Position numbers and translations under genes: made by a program. Below, piece after piece: positions 28,863-38,053 of a DNA stretch of 64,000 nt. Source of the DNA: Gammaproteobacteria bacterium (GTDB lineage Bacteria; Pseudomonadota; Gammaproteobacteria; JAURND01); contig JASGJS010000001.1 in the NCBI GenBank assembly GCA_047601185.1, positions 1,217,305 through 1,281,304 of the forward strand, written 5' to 3'. The notes below the pieces were generated by a model. The model worked only from the letters and a program-made list of their open reading frames with translations, had not been told where the DNA came from and searched no databases. Every line of letters starts with the position of its first letter. Position 1 is the stretch's first letter.

Positions 28863-29279
28863 TTATGAATTCAAAGCACAACGACGACACATGCCATACA
28901 ACGTCAAATTATGATCCAATAATTGAAAACCCGCTTGGGTTGCGATACGATTTTGGCGACGTTCTATTTCTGGATCAATAAATTCTTCCACCGCATGACA
29001 TTGCACACACACCATGTGATCATGGTGATCGCCTTGGGCGAGTTCAAAGACTGAATGCCCGCCTTCAAAATTAAGCCTTTTCACAATGCCGGCTTGTTCA
29101 AATTGCGTCAACACTCGATACACGGTAGCTAAGGCGACATCCTCTTTCGCTTCTAATAAAATTTTATAAACTTCTTCTGCGCTGAGATGGTGAGGGTTAG
29201 CCTGTTCCAAAACCTGGAGGATTTTAACACGAGGCTGCGTGATTTTAAGCCCGGCATCCGTTAAATCTTTAACTTTCAT
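28863..29279 (-). CDS. fur: Ferric uptake regulator
   Basis: Winged-helix N-terminus. HHDH...C..C metal sites (GDHHDHMVCVQCHAV...CRRC). Confidence 0.9.
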   Translation of the reverse strand: MKVKDLTDAGLKITQPRVKILQVLEQANPHHLSAEEVYKILLEAKEDVALATVYRVLTQFEQAGIVKRLNFEGGHSVFELAQGDHHDHMVCVQCHAVEEFIDPEIERRQNRIATQAGFQLLDHNLTLYGMCRRCALNS

Positions 29280-29505
29280 AACCTGGTTGAATCCATTGAT
29301 AAATCTCGGTCACCATAATATCACATTTCTGGCATTGTGTGGCACACTGTGGCGTTTTTAAACATTTCTTGACACGACCTTTACGAACCAACAGCCCCAA
29401 GATATTTTTCAGCACGTGTGGGTCTAATTTAAAATGGATCCTGAGCTGAGCTAAATTGGCTTGCCGATGTTGTTGTAGGTAATGTTGGATATTGGTAATC
29501 AGCAT
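29269..29505 (-). CDS. feoC: FeoC-like small winged-helix protein
   Basis: 78 aa downstream of feoB and overlapping it. LVRKGRV winged-helix-like segment and CxxC...C cysteines, as in FeoC. Confidence 0.5.
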   Translation of the reverse strand: MLITNIQHYLQQHRQANLAQLRIHFKLDPHVLKNILGLLVRKGRVKKCLKTPQCATQCQKCDIMVTEIYQWIQPGYES

Positions 29506-31766
29506 AAGGTGACTCCTAATTTTTTACCGGTTGAGCGGGTGCGTAGGCTCCACTTGAGCCCATAGAAGCCCGCACTGAATGTCAGGACAATACCGAAAAT
29601 CCAAGTGGAGGAAATCCACGGATGGCGGCTCCAGGTCATGGTTTGATAAAATAGCACCGCTGCAGAATAAGCGAGACCTGTGGTCCAAAGTGTGGAAAAA
29701 ACCGCCCAGCGCCAATTAGATTCTCGCATTAAGGCAGCCACCGCTGAAACACAGGGGAAATACAGCAACACAAATAATAAATAAGCTAGCGCACCAATTT
29801 GACCATCAAAATGGCGCATCATCACGCCTAACACGCCAGGAGTGACTTGCGCATCGGCACTGCTGGCCGCAATCGGGTTGCTAAAACTGTCTTTCAAGGC
29901 GATCCATTGAGCCGGAATGGAGGTCACTGCATCTTTGAGTTCTCCCCACACATCGGTTGAGGATGTGTCAGTCGAAACCAAATGGCTGGTTTGAGTGTAT
30001 AGCGTGTTTAAGGTTCCAACCACCACTTCTTTGGCTAAAACCCCGGTTAATAATCCTACAGTGGCTGGCCAATTATCTGCCTCAATCCCCATCGGCGCAA
30101 ACACCGGGGTAATCTTTTTTCCGAGGGTGGATAATGCAGAACTGCTATTGCTGTTATTAATGTCTAATGTCCCATTGAGCTGGATGGCATTTAAAAAGCT
30201 GACAAATAGACAAATGGGGATAATGAGCTTACCGGCTTTAAAAAGAAATTGGTGTAAACGATGCCAAGTTTGGCGCAGAATCATCCGGAATCTGGGAACA
30301 TGATAAGGCGGCAATTCAATAATCCACGGTGAACAATCGCCCTGCAAAGCAGTTTTTCGCAATAACCATCCGGTCATCACGGCCATCAGAATGCCCATGA
30401 TATAAAGCCCAAACACAATATTTTGCCCGCCGGTGGGGAAAAAAGCAGCGGTAAAAACCGTATAAATCGCCATGCGTGCGCCACAGGACATAAACGGGGT
30501 CATCATCAATGTCAGTAATCGATCGCGGCGTTGTTCTAAAGTGCGTGTGGCCAAAATAGCGGGGACATTACAACCAAACCCGACGATGAGTGGCACAAAC
30601 GCTTTGCCCGGCAAGCCCAGCCAGCGCATGATCCTATCGACCACAAAAGCGGCTCTCGCCATATACCCTGAACTTTCTAAAATGGCTAAAAATAAAAACA
30701 TGGCGCCAATGACAGGAATAAAAGTCACCACGGTATTAATGCTAGTGCCAAGGCCTACGCTAATGAGCCCAATGAGCCAGGTCGGCGCATGCCAAGCGGT
30801 TAATAATTGCGCAGTCCCTTGAATGAAAACGGCATGGCTCACCCCATCAAAAAATGGTTGTAAAGTGCCGCCGATGTTAATCGAAAAGAAAAACAGCGCA
30901 TAAATCATCATGAAGAAAATGGGGATGCCTAACCAACGATTTAACACGATGCGATCTAATTTTTGGCTAACAGTGGGTTGAGTAGAAGTTTGTTGGATGG
31001 CTTTTTGGCTCAACGCATGGGCAAAGGTATAGCGCGTATCCGCAATTTGGATGTCAGGCTCTAATTCAGGGGGGATTTTAGCCGCCATTTGGAGGTCAGC
31101 AGGCAGTAATTGCTTGGCTAATTCATCCTCCTCTAATAATTGCAGCGCTAAAAAGGGCGCTTGGTTTTTTCTTTGTGGCACCGCTTGATGGATCTGTTGC
31201 GTTAAGTCATTGAGCAGGGTCTGTAGCTGATCTGGGAAGTTGAGATTGGAAACAGCGTGGGTTTTTTGGGTCAGCGCTCGAATGATGTATTGTTTGAGAA
31301 TGGGTTGAGGCTGAGTTGCCGTTACGCCGACTACCGGACAGCCTAAAGTCGCTTGTAGGGCTGCCAAATTCAGTTGAGCCCCTTGTTGAGCGGCGACATC
31401 GAGCATATTCACCACCACCAGCATTGGCATCTGCAGAGCCAGCAATTGCGCGGTTAAATATAAATTACGCTCTAAATTGCTGGCATCTAAGATATTGACG
31501 ATCAGATCGAATTCTTCTGATAGCACGGCTTCGCAGGTGATACGGCTATCAATGCTGCTTTGCTCAGATTGGTAAGTCAGAGTATAGACGCCCGGCAAAT
31601 CGACCACTTCAATTTCCCATCCATCCTGTTTAAAATGGCCGCTATGGCGTTCTACCGTCACGCCAGGCCAATGGCCGACTTTTAAGCGAGAGCCAGTGAG
31701 CGCATTGCATAAAGTGGATTTACCACAGTTGGGATTTCCTAATAAAGCGACTTTAGCGGTTTTCAT
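29499..31766 (-). CDS. feoB: Ferrous iron transporter FeoB
   Basis: N-terminal G-domain GNPNCGKSTLCNALTG, DLPG, NMLD. Multi-pass membrane domain with gate motifs. 755 aa. Confidence 0.95.
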   Translation of the reverse strand: MKTAKVALLGNPNCGKSTLCNALTGSRLKVGHWPGVTVERHSGHFKQDGWEIEVVDLPGVYTLTYQSEQSSIDSRITCEAVLSEEFDLIVNILDASNLERNLYLTAQLLALQMPMLVVVNMLDVAAQQGAQLNLAALQATLGCPVVGVTATQPQPILKQYIIRALTQKTHAVSNLNFPDQLQTLLNDLTQQIHQAVPQRKNQAPFLALQLLEEDELAKQLLPADLQMAAKIPPELEPDIQIADTRYTFAHALSQKAIQQTSTQPTVSQKLDRIVLNRWLGIPIFFMMIYALFFFSINIGGTLQPFFDGVSHAVFIQGTAQLLTAWHAPTWLIGLISVGLGTSINTVVTFIPVIGAMFLFLAILESSGYMARAAFVVDRIMRWLGLPGKAFVPLIVGFGCNVPAILATRTLEQRRDRLLTLMMTPFMSCGARMAIYTVFTAAFFPTGGQNIVFGLYIMGILMAVMTGWLLRKTALQGDCSPWIIELPPYHVPRFRMILRQTWHRLHQFLFKAGKLIIPICLFVSFLNAIQLNGTLDINNSNSSSALSTLGKKITPVFAPMGIEADNWPATVGLLTGVLAKEVVVGTLNTLYTQTSHLVSTDTSSTDVWGELKDAVTSIPAQWIALKDSFSNPIAASSADAQVTPGVLGVMMRHFDGQIGALAYLLFVLLYFPCVSAVAALMRESNWRWAVFSTLWTTGLAYSAAVLFYQTMTWSRHPWISSTWIFGIVLTFSAGFYGLKWSLRTRSTGKKLGVTLC

Positions 31767-31996
31767 ACAGGGATTTTATGGAGTTGTAGGATGGCGGCTT
31801 CTTGCTTACGCAGGCTGACCGTATAACCTCTCACTTTAATTTCGACAGGGTCGCCCAGAGGGGCAATGCGGATTAACGAAAAGACAGTGCCAGGCAGCAG
31901 CCCCATGGCTAATAATTGGTGTCTATAAGTGCGCGCTCCGGGTAAAAACCCGAGGATTTTAGCGGATTCACCACATTTCAATTGGGCAATTTGCAT
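31763..31996 (-). CDS. feoA: FeoA
   Basis: SH3-like FeoA: MQIAQLKCGESAKILGF...VEIKVRGYTVSLRKQEA. The start is taken at ATG 31996. The track ORF extends on a TTG to 32056. Confidence 0.8.
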   Translation of the reverse strand: MQIAQLKCGESAKILGFLPGARTYRHQLLAMGLLPGTVFSLIRIAPLGDPVEIKVRGYTVSLRKQEAAILQLHKIPV

Positions 31997-32054
31997 ATTT
32001 GTATGGATATTGAGATTGTGTAAAAATAGTATGGCTTCAGAGAGAGTAAATGTC

Positions 32055-32073
32055 AATGAGAATTGTTCTCATT
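32055..32073. promoter_or_regulatory. Fur-box-like palindrome AATGAGAA-TTG-TTCTCATT in the feoA promoter
   Basis: Perfect 8-3-8 inverted repeat read directly. It resembles the GATAATGATAATCATTATC core and sits ~60 bp upstream of feoA, divergent from the Sel1 gene. Confidence 0.5.
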
Positions 32074-32091
32074 TAAAGGAGGAGATAGACT

Positions 32092-33024
32092 ATGCAATAT
32101 GTTAAAGAGCTAAAGAGCAAGAGAAATCAACAAAAGCAGCAACAAAAAGAGCAAGCCCGTAGGCATTCTATTACCGAATGGGCACTAAAAGAAGCTAGTA
32201 AGGAACATCTAAAAACCCAAAAAGTCGCAGCAGCTCAGCAAGCCCTCAGAAAGGCGGTGAGAAATGATATCTCTACACTCAAAGCCCAAAAAAGATTTGC
32301 GAGACTGACTGAAAAGGTTGCTAGAAATGAGAGCCAAGCCTATCTTGAAATCGCTAGAGCCTATGAGTTGGGTGAAGGCGTGGCGATCAATAAAAAAGAA
32401 GCTCTACACTGGTATCACATGGCCGCGAAAAGCGGACTTCCTGAAGCTCAATATAAAATAGCTTATTACTATATGCAAGGAGAGTCCGTAGAGCTAACAC
32501 AAAAAGAGGCAATTAAATTCTACGAATTGTCGGCACGACAATGTTACCCGCACGCTCAAACCGAGTTAAGCGAATTGTATAGGACAGGAGAAGGTGGTGT
32601 TCCCCAAGACCTTAAAGAAGCTCGCGCTTTAAAAGAAAGGGCTATGGAAGGATTTAATGATTTGGGTGAGCGATATCGTGATGGGATCAATGTGCGTAGA
32701 AATATCCCTAAAGCGTTTGAAAACTTTCTTTTGGCTGCTACCATGGACCATCCAAAAGGCCTGAATAATCTCGCCAAGTGTTATCGAGATGGCGTTGGGG
32801 TTGAAAGAAATCTCGATACAGCCAAACATTTTTTTAAAAAAGCTCAGGATTTAGGTTCTTTAGATGCCCGTGCCCATTTAAGAAGTTTAGAGGCCCCCCT
32901 TCCAGATAATCATGCTGCATTTTTCAAGAATCCTGCCTCAATTCAGAAAGAAAGCCGTCAATTCGTTAAAAAAGAAGAGCTGAATAAAGAGCCAAAGAGA
33001 AGCAATAGCTGTCCGAATTTTTAG
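32092..33024 (+). CDS. Sel1-repeat protein with K/Q-rich coiled-coil N-terminus and Glu-rich C-terminus, effector candidate
   Basis: AAGGAGG RBS. Sel1 units (LG..YR.G.GV..N). C-terminus KKEELNKEPK. Confidence 0.8.
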   Translation: MQYVKELKSKRNQQKQQQKEQARRHSITEWALKEASKEHLKTQKVAAAQQALRKAVRNDISTLKAQKRFARLTEKVARNESQAYLEIARAYELGEGVAINKKEALHWYHMAAKSGLPEAQYKIAYYYMQGESVELTQKEAIKFYELSARQCYPHAQTELSELYRTGEGGVPQDLKEARALKERAMEGFNDLGERYRDGINVRRNIPKAFENFLLAATMDHPKGLNNLAKCYRDGVGVERNLDTAKHFFKKAQDLGSLDARAHLRSLEAPLPDNHAAFFKNPASIQKESRQFVKKEELNKEPKRSNSCPNF

Positions 33025-33037
33025 AATTGACAAAATT

Positions 33038-34261
33038 CTAAACCAATTGTCCTAATAAAGTCTGTAAAGGGACGATCATTGGTTTTTTCAGCTCGAAGCA
33101 ATCGTGGTTAACAAAAGGCAAACGCTCAGCAACTTGCAGCACGTGTGGTACCTTTAATTGTCGATTAAAGTGCTCTAAATTAGGGCTCAGTCGAGTATTG
33201 TCACTGCTTTTTACTTCTACCATCAGCCAAGGCACTTGGTTTTTGGTCACTAAAAAATCGACTTCATGTTTATCTTTGTCGCGCAAATAATGGAGGCTAT
33301 ATTTACCCAAACCTATGTCAGTCCAAAAATGGATGGCTTTATGCAAATGACTGGCGACTAGATTTTCTAATCTAGCGCCAGGATCGCGCAAAGCAGACCA
33401 ATCCCATAAGTAAATTTTTGGTTCTTTGAGTAAAGAGCGAGAAAGATTTTGTGACCAAGGTGTAATAGAAAAACAATAATAAACATTGCGCAGTATTTCA
33501 ATCCAGTGACGAATGGTAGGCTCAGTCACCCGTGCTTTTTTAGCTAATTCGCTATATTTTGTTGTGCTACCAACTTGTTGTGTCAAAAGATAAGCCAATA
33601 ATTCTAGTCTGGAAAGATCATGAATTTTAGAAAGCTCTCTCAAATCTTCTTGAAAAATTTGTTCTTGTTTTAAATTGCTCCAACGTTGATAAAAATTGTC
33701 ATCAGCTTGTAAATAAGGCTCAGGAAAGCCACCATAATGCAATAAATTTGTCCAATCCTGGGTGCTGATAGATTTAGGCGCAATGGTTTCTTGTTTAAAA
33801 TCGTCACGACCTGCTATTTCCGCCACCGTTAGCGGGTGGATGCGGTATAAAAAATAACGCCCCAACATGCTATCGCCGCCGCGTCGGTAAACATTTAATT
33901 TGGCGCTACCTGTCACAATGATCTGACAATGGGCTTTTATGGTGTCATAGTAGCCTTTAAGCAGATTTTTCCAATTAGCGTATTTGTGAATTTCGTCAAA
34001 AATAATAATGGGGGGGCGCGATTCTGTTTGCAATGCATCTGTGGAGAATTGGGAAAAAATTTTTTCGATACCGCTTAAGATCATTTCTTTATGCTGAATG
34101 TTATCCCAATTTAAATAGAGCACATTGGGATATCCTGCTGTGCAGGCTTGACTCAAAACGGTTTTGCCTATTTGCCGTGGCCCTGTTAAAAACACCATTT
34201 TTTGGAATTTAGCTAAATGCTGTCGAATGATGGGTTGGTAAATGCGTAACATAGGCTTCAC
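33038..34261 (-). CDS. AAA+ ATPase fused to C-terminal DUF4143 (PD-(D/E)xK nuclease-like) domain
   Basis: Walker A FLTGPRQIGKT, Walker B IIIFDEIHKY, C-terminal EVDFLV...VEVKSS. Confidence 0.8.
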   Translation of the reverse strand: MKPMLRIYQPIIRQHLAKFQKMVFLTGPRQIGKTVLSQACTAGYPNVLYLNWDNIQHKEMILSGIEKIFSQFSTDALQTESRPPIIIFDEIHKYANWKNLLKGYYDTIKAHCQIIVTGSAKLNVYRRGGDSMLGRYFLYRIHPLTVAEIAGRDDFKQETIAPKSISTQDWTNLLHYGGFPEPYLQADDNFYQRWSNLKQEQIFQEDLRELSKIHDLSRLELLAYLLTQQVGSTTKYSELAKKARVTEPTIRHWIEILRNVYYCFSITPWSQNLSRSLLKEPKIYLWDWSALRDPGARLENLVASHLHKAIHFWTDIGLGKYSLHYLRDKDKHEVDFLVTKNQVPWLMVEVKSSDNTRLSPNLEHFNRQLKVPHVLQVAERLPFVNHDCFELKKPMIVPLQTLLGQLV

Positions 34262-34354
34262 TCAGGATTTGATCTCGACTATTATAAAGGCTAATTTAGA
34301 ATAGTCAAGACTATTCTAAAGTGGGGTTTAGAATAGTCGGGATGGGGCAGGGGT

Positions 34355-35494
34355 CTAATCATGGATTAATTCACCCGACCATAATTTCTTTAAAAAAACC
34401 TCCCACGGCAAAATGTGGATGCCATCAGCGGTAAGTCTCTCATGATGATCTAAACTCACCACAATGTAGGTTTTGATCAACCCTTCTTCTTTAAGCGCGC
34501 GGATTCCCTTAAGATGTTTATCCATGACCAGATCTGTACCCTTCACCTCAAGGGCCAACTTGTCACCTATGACAAAATCTACCTCAAAATGAGAAGTAGA
34601 GCGCCAATATTGCAAAGGTGCGCGAATAAAATGGTAGGCCAAAAATGCTCGCAGTTCTAAGGCAATGAAGTGTTCAAACACGCGCCCAAACAATTCTGAT
34701 TTTAATTCAACCTGCCCTCGTTGCGTCAGAGAGCTGACGACGCCAATATCAAACAGAAAATATTTGGAGCGGGTAATGGCTTTTCGTTTGGTGGTCGCTA
34801 AAAAAGGTTTGACTGAAAAGCCCAGCAGCGTGTCATCTAATATGCCGAAATAACCTTCTAAGGTGCGAATGCTGACGCCACAGTCGCTGGAAATATTGGT
34901 ATGACTGATTTCCTCACCGTTACAAAGAGCCACGACTTCTAAGAACCGAATAAATCCTGATAAATTACGCGTTAAGGCTTCTGCTTGGATTTCTTCTTGT
35001 AAATAAGTGCCCACGTAAGCTGTCAGATATTCGTGTGCCGCTGGATTTCCATAGAATTCTGGCAGCCCCGTGGTGTTCAAATGCGTTAATAGCTCAAAAT
35101 GTGGAATTTCTTGAGAAATTAACGGTAATAACTGCGCTTGAAAGGCGCGTCCCGCTAATAAATTTGCGCCGCCTCTGCGCAATTTTCTCGCGCTACTGCC
35201 TGTCAACAAAAACGTTTGCTTTCTTTTCACAATGAGACGTTGCACTTCATCGAGTAAGATGGGGAATTTTTGAATTTCATCAATGACGACTAAGTCATCA
35301 GCTTTGGTTTCTTGACTGATTAAAGTCGGATCTCTCACCAGACGTTGAAAGGTGGAGGCATTGAGTAAATCGTAAATTTTAGCCTCTGGCAAAGTTTGCT
35401 CGATCAAAGTTCTTTTGCCGACACCCCGTGGACCCATGAGAAAGTAGCTTCTCTTTTTCAATAAATCCGCTAAGTTAAGATATCGAGTATACAT
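34355..35494 (-). CDS. AAA+ ATPase fused to DUF4143 nuclease-like domain (tandem paralog)
   Basis: LMGPRGVGKRT, VVIDEIQKF, C-terminal FEVDFVIGDKLALEVKG. Confidence 0.8.
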   Translation of the reverse strand: MYTRYLNLADLLKKRSYFLMGPRGVGKRTLIEQTLPEAKIYDLLNASTFQRLVRDPTLISQETKADDLVVIDEIQKFPILLDEVQRLIVKRKQTFLLTGSSARKLRRGGANLLAGRAFQAQLLPLISQEIPHFELLTHLNTTGLPEFYGNPAAHEYLTAYVGTYLQEEIQAEALTRNLSGFIRFLEVVALCNGEEISHTNISSDCGVSIRTLEGYFGILDDTLLGFSVKPFLATTKRKAITRSKYFLFDIGVVSSLTQRGQVELKSELFGRVFEHFIALELRAFLAYHFIRAPLQYWRSTSHFEVDFVIGDKLALEVKGTDLVMDKHLKGIRALKEEGLIKTYIVVSLDHHERLTADGIHILPWEVFLKKLWSGELIHD

Positions 35495-35682
35495 CAGGTG
35501 TTCCTTTAAAATGGTTTGTCACAGCCAGCCAATCCTTACAAATTTACATACTCATGCCGATTATCATCATATTCGGCAAGTATTATGCCATTTAATTAAA
35601 ATTTTGGCAAGTTCAGACCCCATTTAAAATTGGCCATAAATTCATGCAAAGATTAGATAAAGCTTGCTGTAGTTCATAACTA

Positions 35683-35711
35683 TTGACAAAGTTTTAACGA
35701 ACGATTATTAT
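35683..35711 (+). promoter_or_regulatory. Sigma-70 promoter of the ilv operon (TTGACA-17-TATTAT)
   Basis: TTGACA 35683-35688, 17-nt spacer, TATTAT 35706-35711, ~40 nt before the leader-peptide ATG. Confidence 0.5.
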
Positions 35712-35750
35712 AGACATCAATAGGTTTTTCCATAAATCGAGTCAGCGTAG

Positions 35751-35840
35751 ATGTTTAAAATCAACAATATAGTCACCCATAGCAATATTATTATCGCGAT
35801 TATTATTGGTCACGAGATGCGGGGCTATGTTTTTGAATAA
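35751..35840 (+). CDS. ilv leader peptide (29 aa, 8 Ile + 2 Val)
   Basis: MFKINNIVTHSNIIIAIIIGHEMRGYVFE*. The stop lies 20 nt before the attenuator hairpin. Confidence 0.6.
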   Translation: MFKINNIVTHSNIIIAIIIGHEMRGYVFE

Positions 35841-35861
35841 TGAAACATAGTGGGTCACCAA

Positions 35862-35900
35862 CCCCCGCATCTTCAAAAGAAGGTGCGGGGGTTTTTTTTT
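35862..35900 (+). terminator. Attenuator: rho-independent terminator CCCCCGCATCTTCaaaaGAAGGTGCGGGGG + T9. An antiterminator segment GAGATGCGGGG (35814-35824) can pair with the left arm
   Basis: 13-bp stem with one G.U pair and a 4-nt loop, followed by 9 Ts, 11 nt before the ilvB ATG. The alternative pairing was verified by hand. Confidence 0.7.
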
Positions 35901-35911
35901 AAGGTCATTTT

Positions 35912-37606
35912 ATGCAAATAACAGGTGCAGCGGCTATTTTACAGGGGCTATTACGAGAAGGCGTAGACATTCTATTTGGTTACCCTGGGGGCACTATTAT
36001 GCCGACTTATGATGCACTATATGACGTGCGTTCTGAGCTCCGTCATATTTTAGTGCGTCATGAGCAGGGCGCTGTGCATGCCGCGCAAGGTTATGCGCGG
36101 GTGACTGGCAAGCCTGGTGTCTGTATCGTGACTTCGGGGCCTGGCGCAACCAATCTTATCACCGGCATTACCGACGCCATGTTGGATTCAACGCCCTTAG
36201 TTTGCATCACCGGGCAAGTTGCGAGTGAATTTTTAGGAACAGATGCCTTTCAAGAAGCCGATATTGTCGGGATTTCCTTGCCTGTGACGAAGTGGAGTTG
36301 TCAAATTACCCACGCTGCGGAAATCCCCGCCGCGATTGCTAAAGCATTTTTTATCGCTAAAAGTGGCAGACCGGGCCCGGTATTGCTGGATATCACCAAA
36401 GATGCTCAGTTTGCCAGCTTGGATTTTTCTTATCAGCCGTATGTGCCAGAGAACAAGCCCTTTTATCCTCATTGCAATCCATCCCTATTGCAGCAAGCCG
36501 CCGAACGCATTAATGCAGCGCAACGCCCGTATATACTTGCTGGCCAGGGTATTACATTGGCAAAAGCTGAGCTTGCTTTACAAGCTTTTGCTGAAAAAAT
36601 ACAAGCGCCCGTCGCTTGCACATTATTAGGACTATCGACCTTTCCTATGGACCACCCTTTGTATGCTGGCATGTTAGGGATGCATGGTAATTACGGCCCA
36701 AATTTATTAACGAATCAGGCTGATCTGATTATTGCCATTGGGATGCGGTTTGATGATAGAGTCACAGGCAACCTCAATCGCTATGCCAAACAAGCCAAAA
36801 TTATTCATATTGATATTGATCCGGCAGAAATCAATAAAAATGTGCCGGTTGATTTAGCATTAGTTGCTGATGCTAACGACGTTTTGCAAGCTTTAATGCC
36901 ATACCTTGAAGCCGATCGCCATAACAAACCACATGAACATTGGATCGAACAATTTCATGCCTGTCATAAAATTGAATATGACAAAATTATGCGCCAAGAA
37001 ATTAAATTTTTAGGAAAAAACATCAAGATGGCTCGGGTAATAAATGAATTATCTGAAAAAACCCCTCACCAAACGGTTATTGTCACAGATGTGGGCCAAC
37101 ATCAAATGGTTGCCGCGCGTTATTTTCAGTTTAAGCGACATAATTCGCTGGTGACTTCGGGTGGATTAGGGACCATGGGGTTTGCATTGCCCGCTGCCAT
37201 CGGCGCTAAATTAGGCCAACCGCAATGTGAAGTGATTGCCATTATTGGTGATGGCGGTTTTCAAATGAATATTCAAGAATTAGGTGTCATCGCCCAAGAA
37301 AATTTACCGGTAAAAATCGTGATCTTAAATAATAGTCATTTGGGGATGGTGCGACAATGGCAGGAATTATTTTTTGAGGAACGTTATTCTTTCGTGCAGT
37401 TAAAAAACCCTGATTTTGTCAAAATTGCCGAAGGTTATGGAATTGCTGGGCAAAGGGTAAGCGATGGTACAGAGCTTGATGCCGCATTAGAGACCTTATT
37501 GAATTATCCAGGACCTTACTTATTAGAAATAATGGTCGAAATGGAAGAAAACATTTTTCCGATGATTCCGGCAGGTTGTGGGGTGGGAGAAATTCGGTTG
37601 TCGTAG
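35912..37606 (+). CDS. ilvB: Acetolactate synthase large subunit
   Basis: ThDP motifs GDGGFQMN, GTMGFALPAAIGA, FAD-binding region. 564 aa. Confidence 0.95.
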   Translation: MQITGAAAILQGLLREGVDILFGYPGGTIMPTYDALYDVRSELRHILVRHEQGAVHAAQGYARVTGKPGVCIVTSGPGATNLITGITDAMLDSTPLVCITGQVASEFLGTDAFQEADIVGISLPVTKWSCQITHAAEIPAAIAKAFFIAKSGRPGPVLLDITKDAQFASLDFSYQPYVPENKPFYPHCNPSLLQQAAERINAAQRPYILAGQGITLAKAELALQAFAEKIQAPVACTLLGLSTFPMDHPLYAGMLGMHGNYGPNLLTNQADLIIAIGMRFDDRVTGNLNRYAKQAKIIHIDIDPAEINKNVPVDLALVADANDVLQALMPYLEADRHNKPHEHWIEQFHACHKIEYDKIMRQEIKFLGKNIKMARVINELSEKTPHQTVIVTDVGQHQMVAARYFQFKRHNSLVTSGGLGTMGFALPAAIGAKLGQPQCEVIAIIGDGGFQMNIQELGVIAQENLPVKIVILNNSHLGMVRQWQELFFEERYSFVQLKNPDFVKIAEGYGIAGQRVSDGTELDAALETLLNYPGPYLLEIMVEMEENIFPMIPAGCGVGEIRLS

Positions 37607-37612
37607 AGGTGA

Positions 37613-37870
37613 ATGATGAAATATATTTTTGCTATATCGATACTCACTGAAAATGCTTTGCGCGTATTGCAGCGAATGGCAGGGATATTTGCGCGCTTTC
37701 GTTTGAATATTGAACAAATGAATGTGAATGAAACCGCTAATCGCGGCGTATCCTATTTTAATATTATTGTTCATAGTGATGAAAAAACTGTTCATAGAGT
37801 GATTAAACAGTTAGAGAAAATTTTTGAATTAATTGAAATTAAAATTAATAGTCAAATTCCTTTGTTGTAA
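37613..37870 (+). CDS. ilvN: Acetolactate synthase small (regulatory) subunit, short ACT-domain form
   Basis: 85 aa, ACT-like. Immediately downstream of ilvB. Confidence 0.65.
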   Translation: MMKYIFAISILTENALRVLQRMAGIFARFRLNIEQMNVNETANRGVSYFNIIVHSDEKTVHRVIKQLEKIFELIEIKINSQIPLL

Positions 37871-37885
37871 TTGATAAATAAAATT

Positions 37886-38032
37886 TTAGTATCCATTTAG
37901 CACTGTCTAAGACAAGCTTGGACTTAAAAAATAGGCAGGAGGCGTCGTCCTCGCATGGATGCGGGGATCCAGTCTGCAGGAAGCAAGGAGCACTAAGCTT
38001 GTCTTAGACAGTGCTTAATGGATACTAAATCT
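37886..38032. repeat. Second MITE-like family: ~35-bp terminal inverted repeats (AGTATCCATTTAGCACTGTCTAAGACAAGCTT) around core AGGAGGCGTCGTCCTCGCATGGATGCGGGGATCCAGTCTGCAGGAAGCAA
   Basis: The right end is the reverse complement of the left end. The core recurs at 50150-50210. Sits between ilvN and ilvC. Confidence 0.7.
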
Positions 38033-38053
38033 TGTAAAATATAGGAGTATCTT

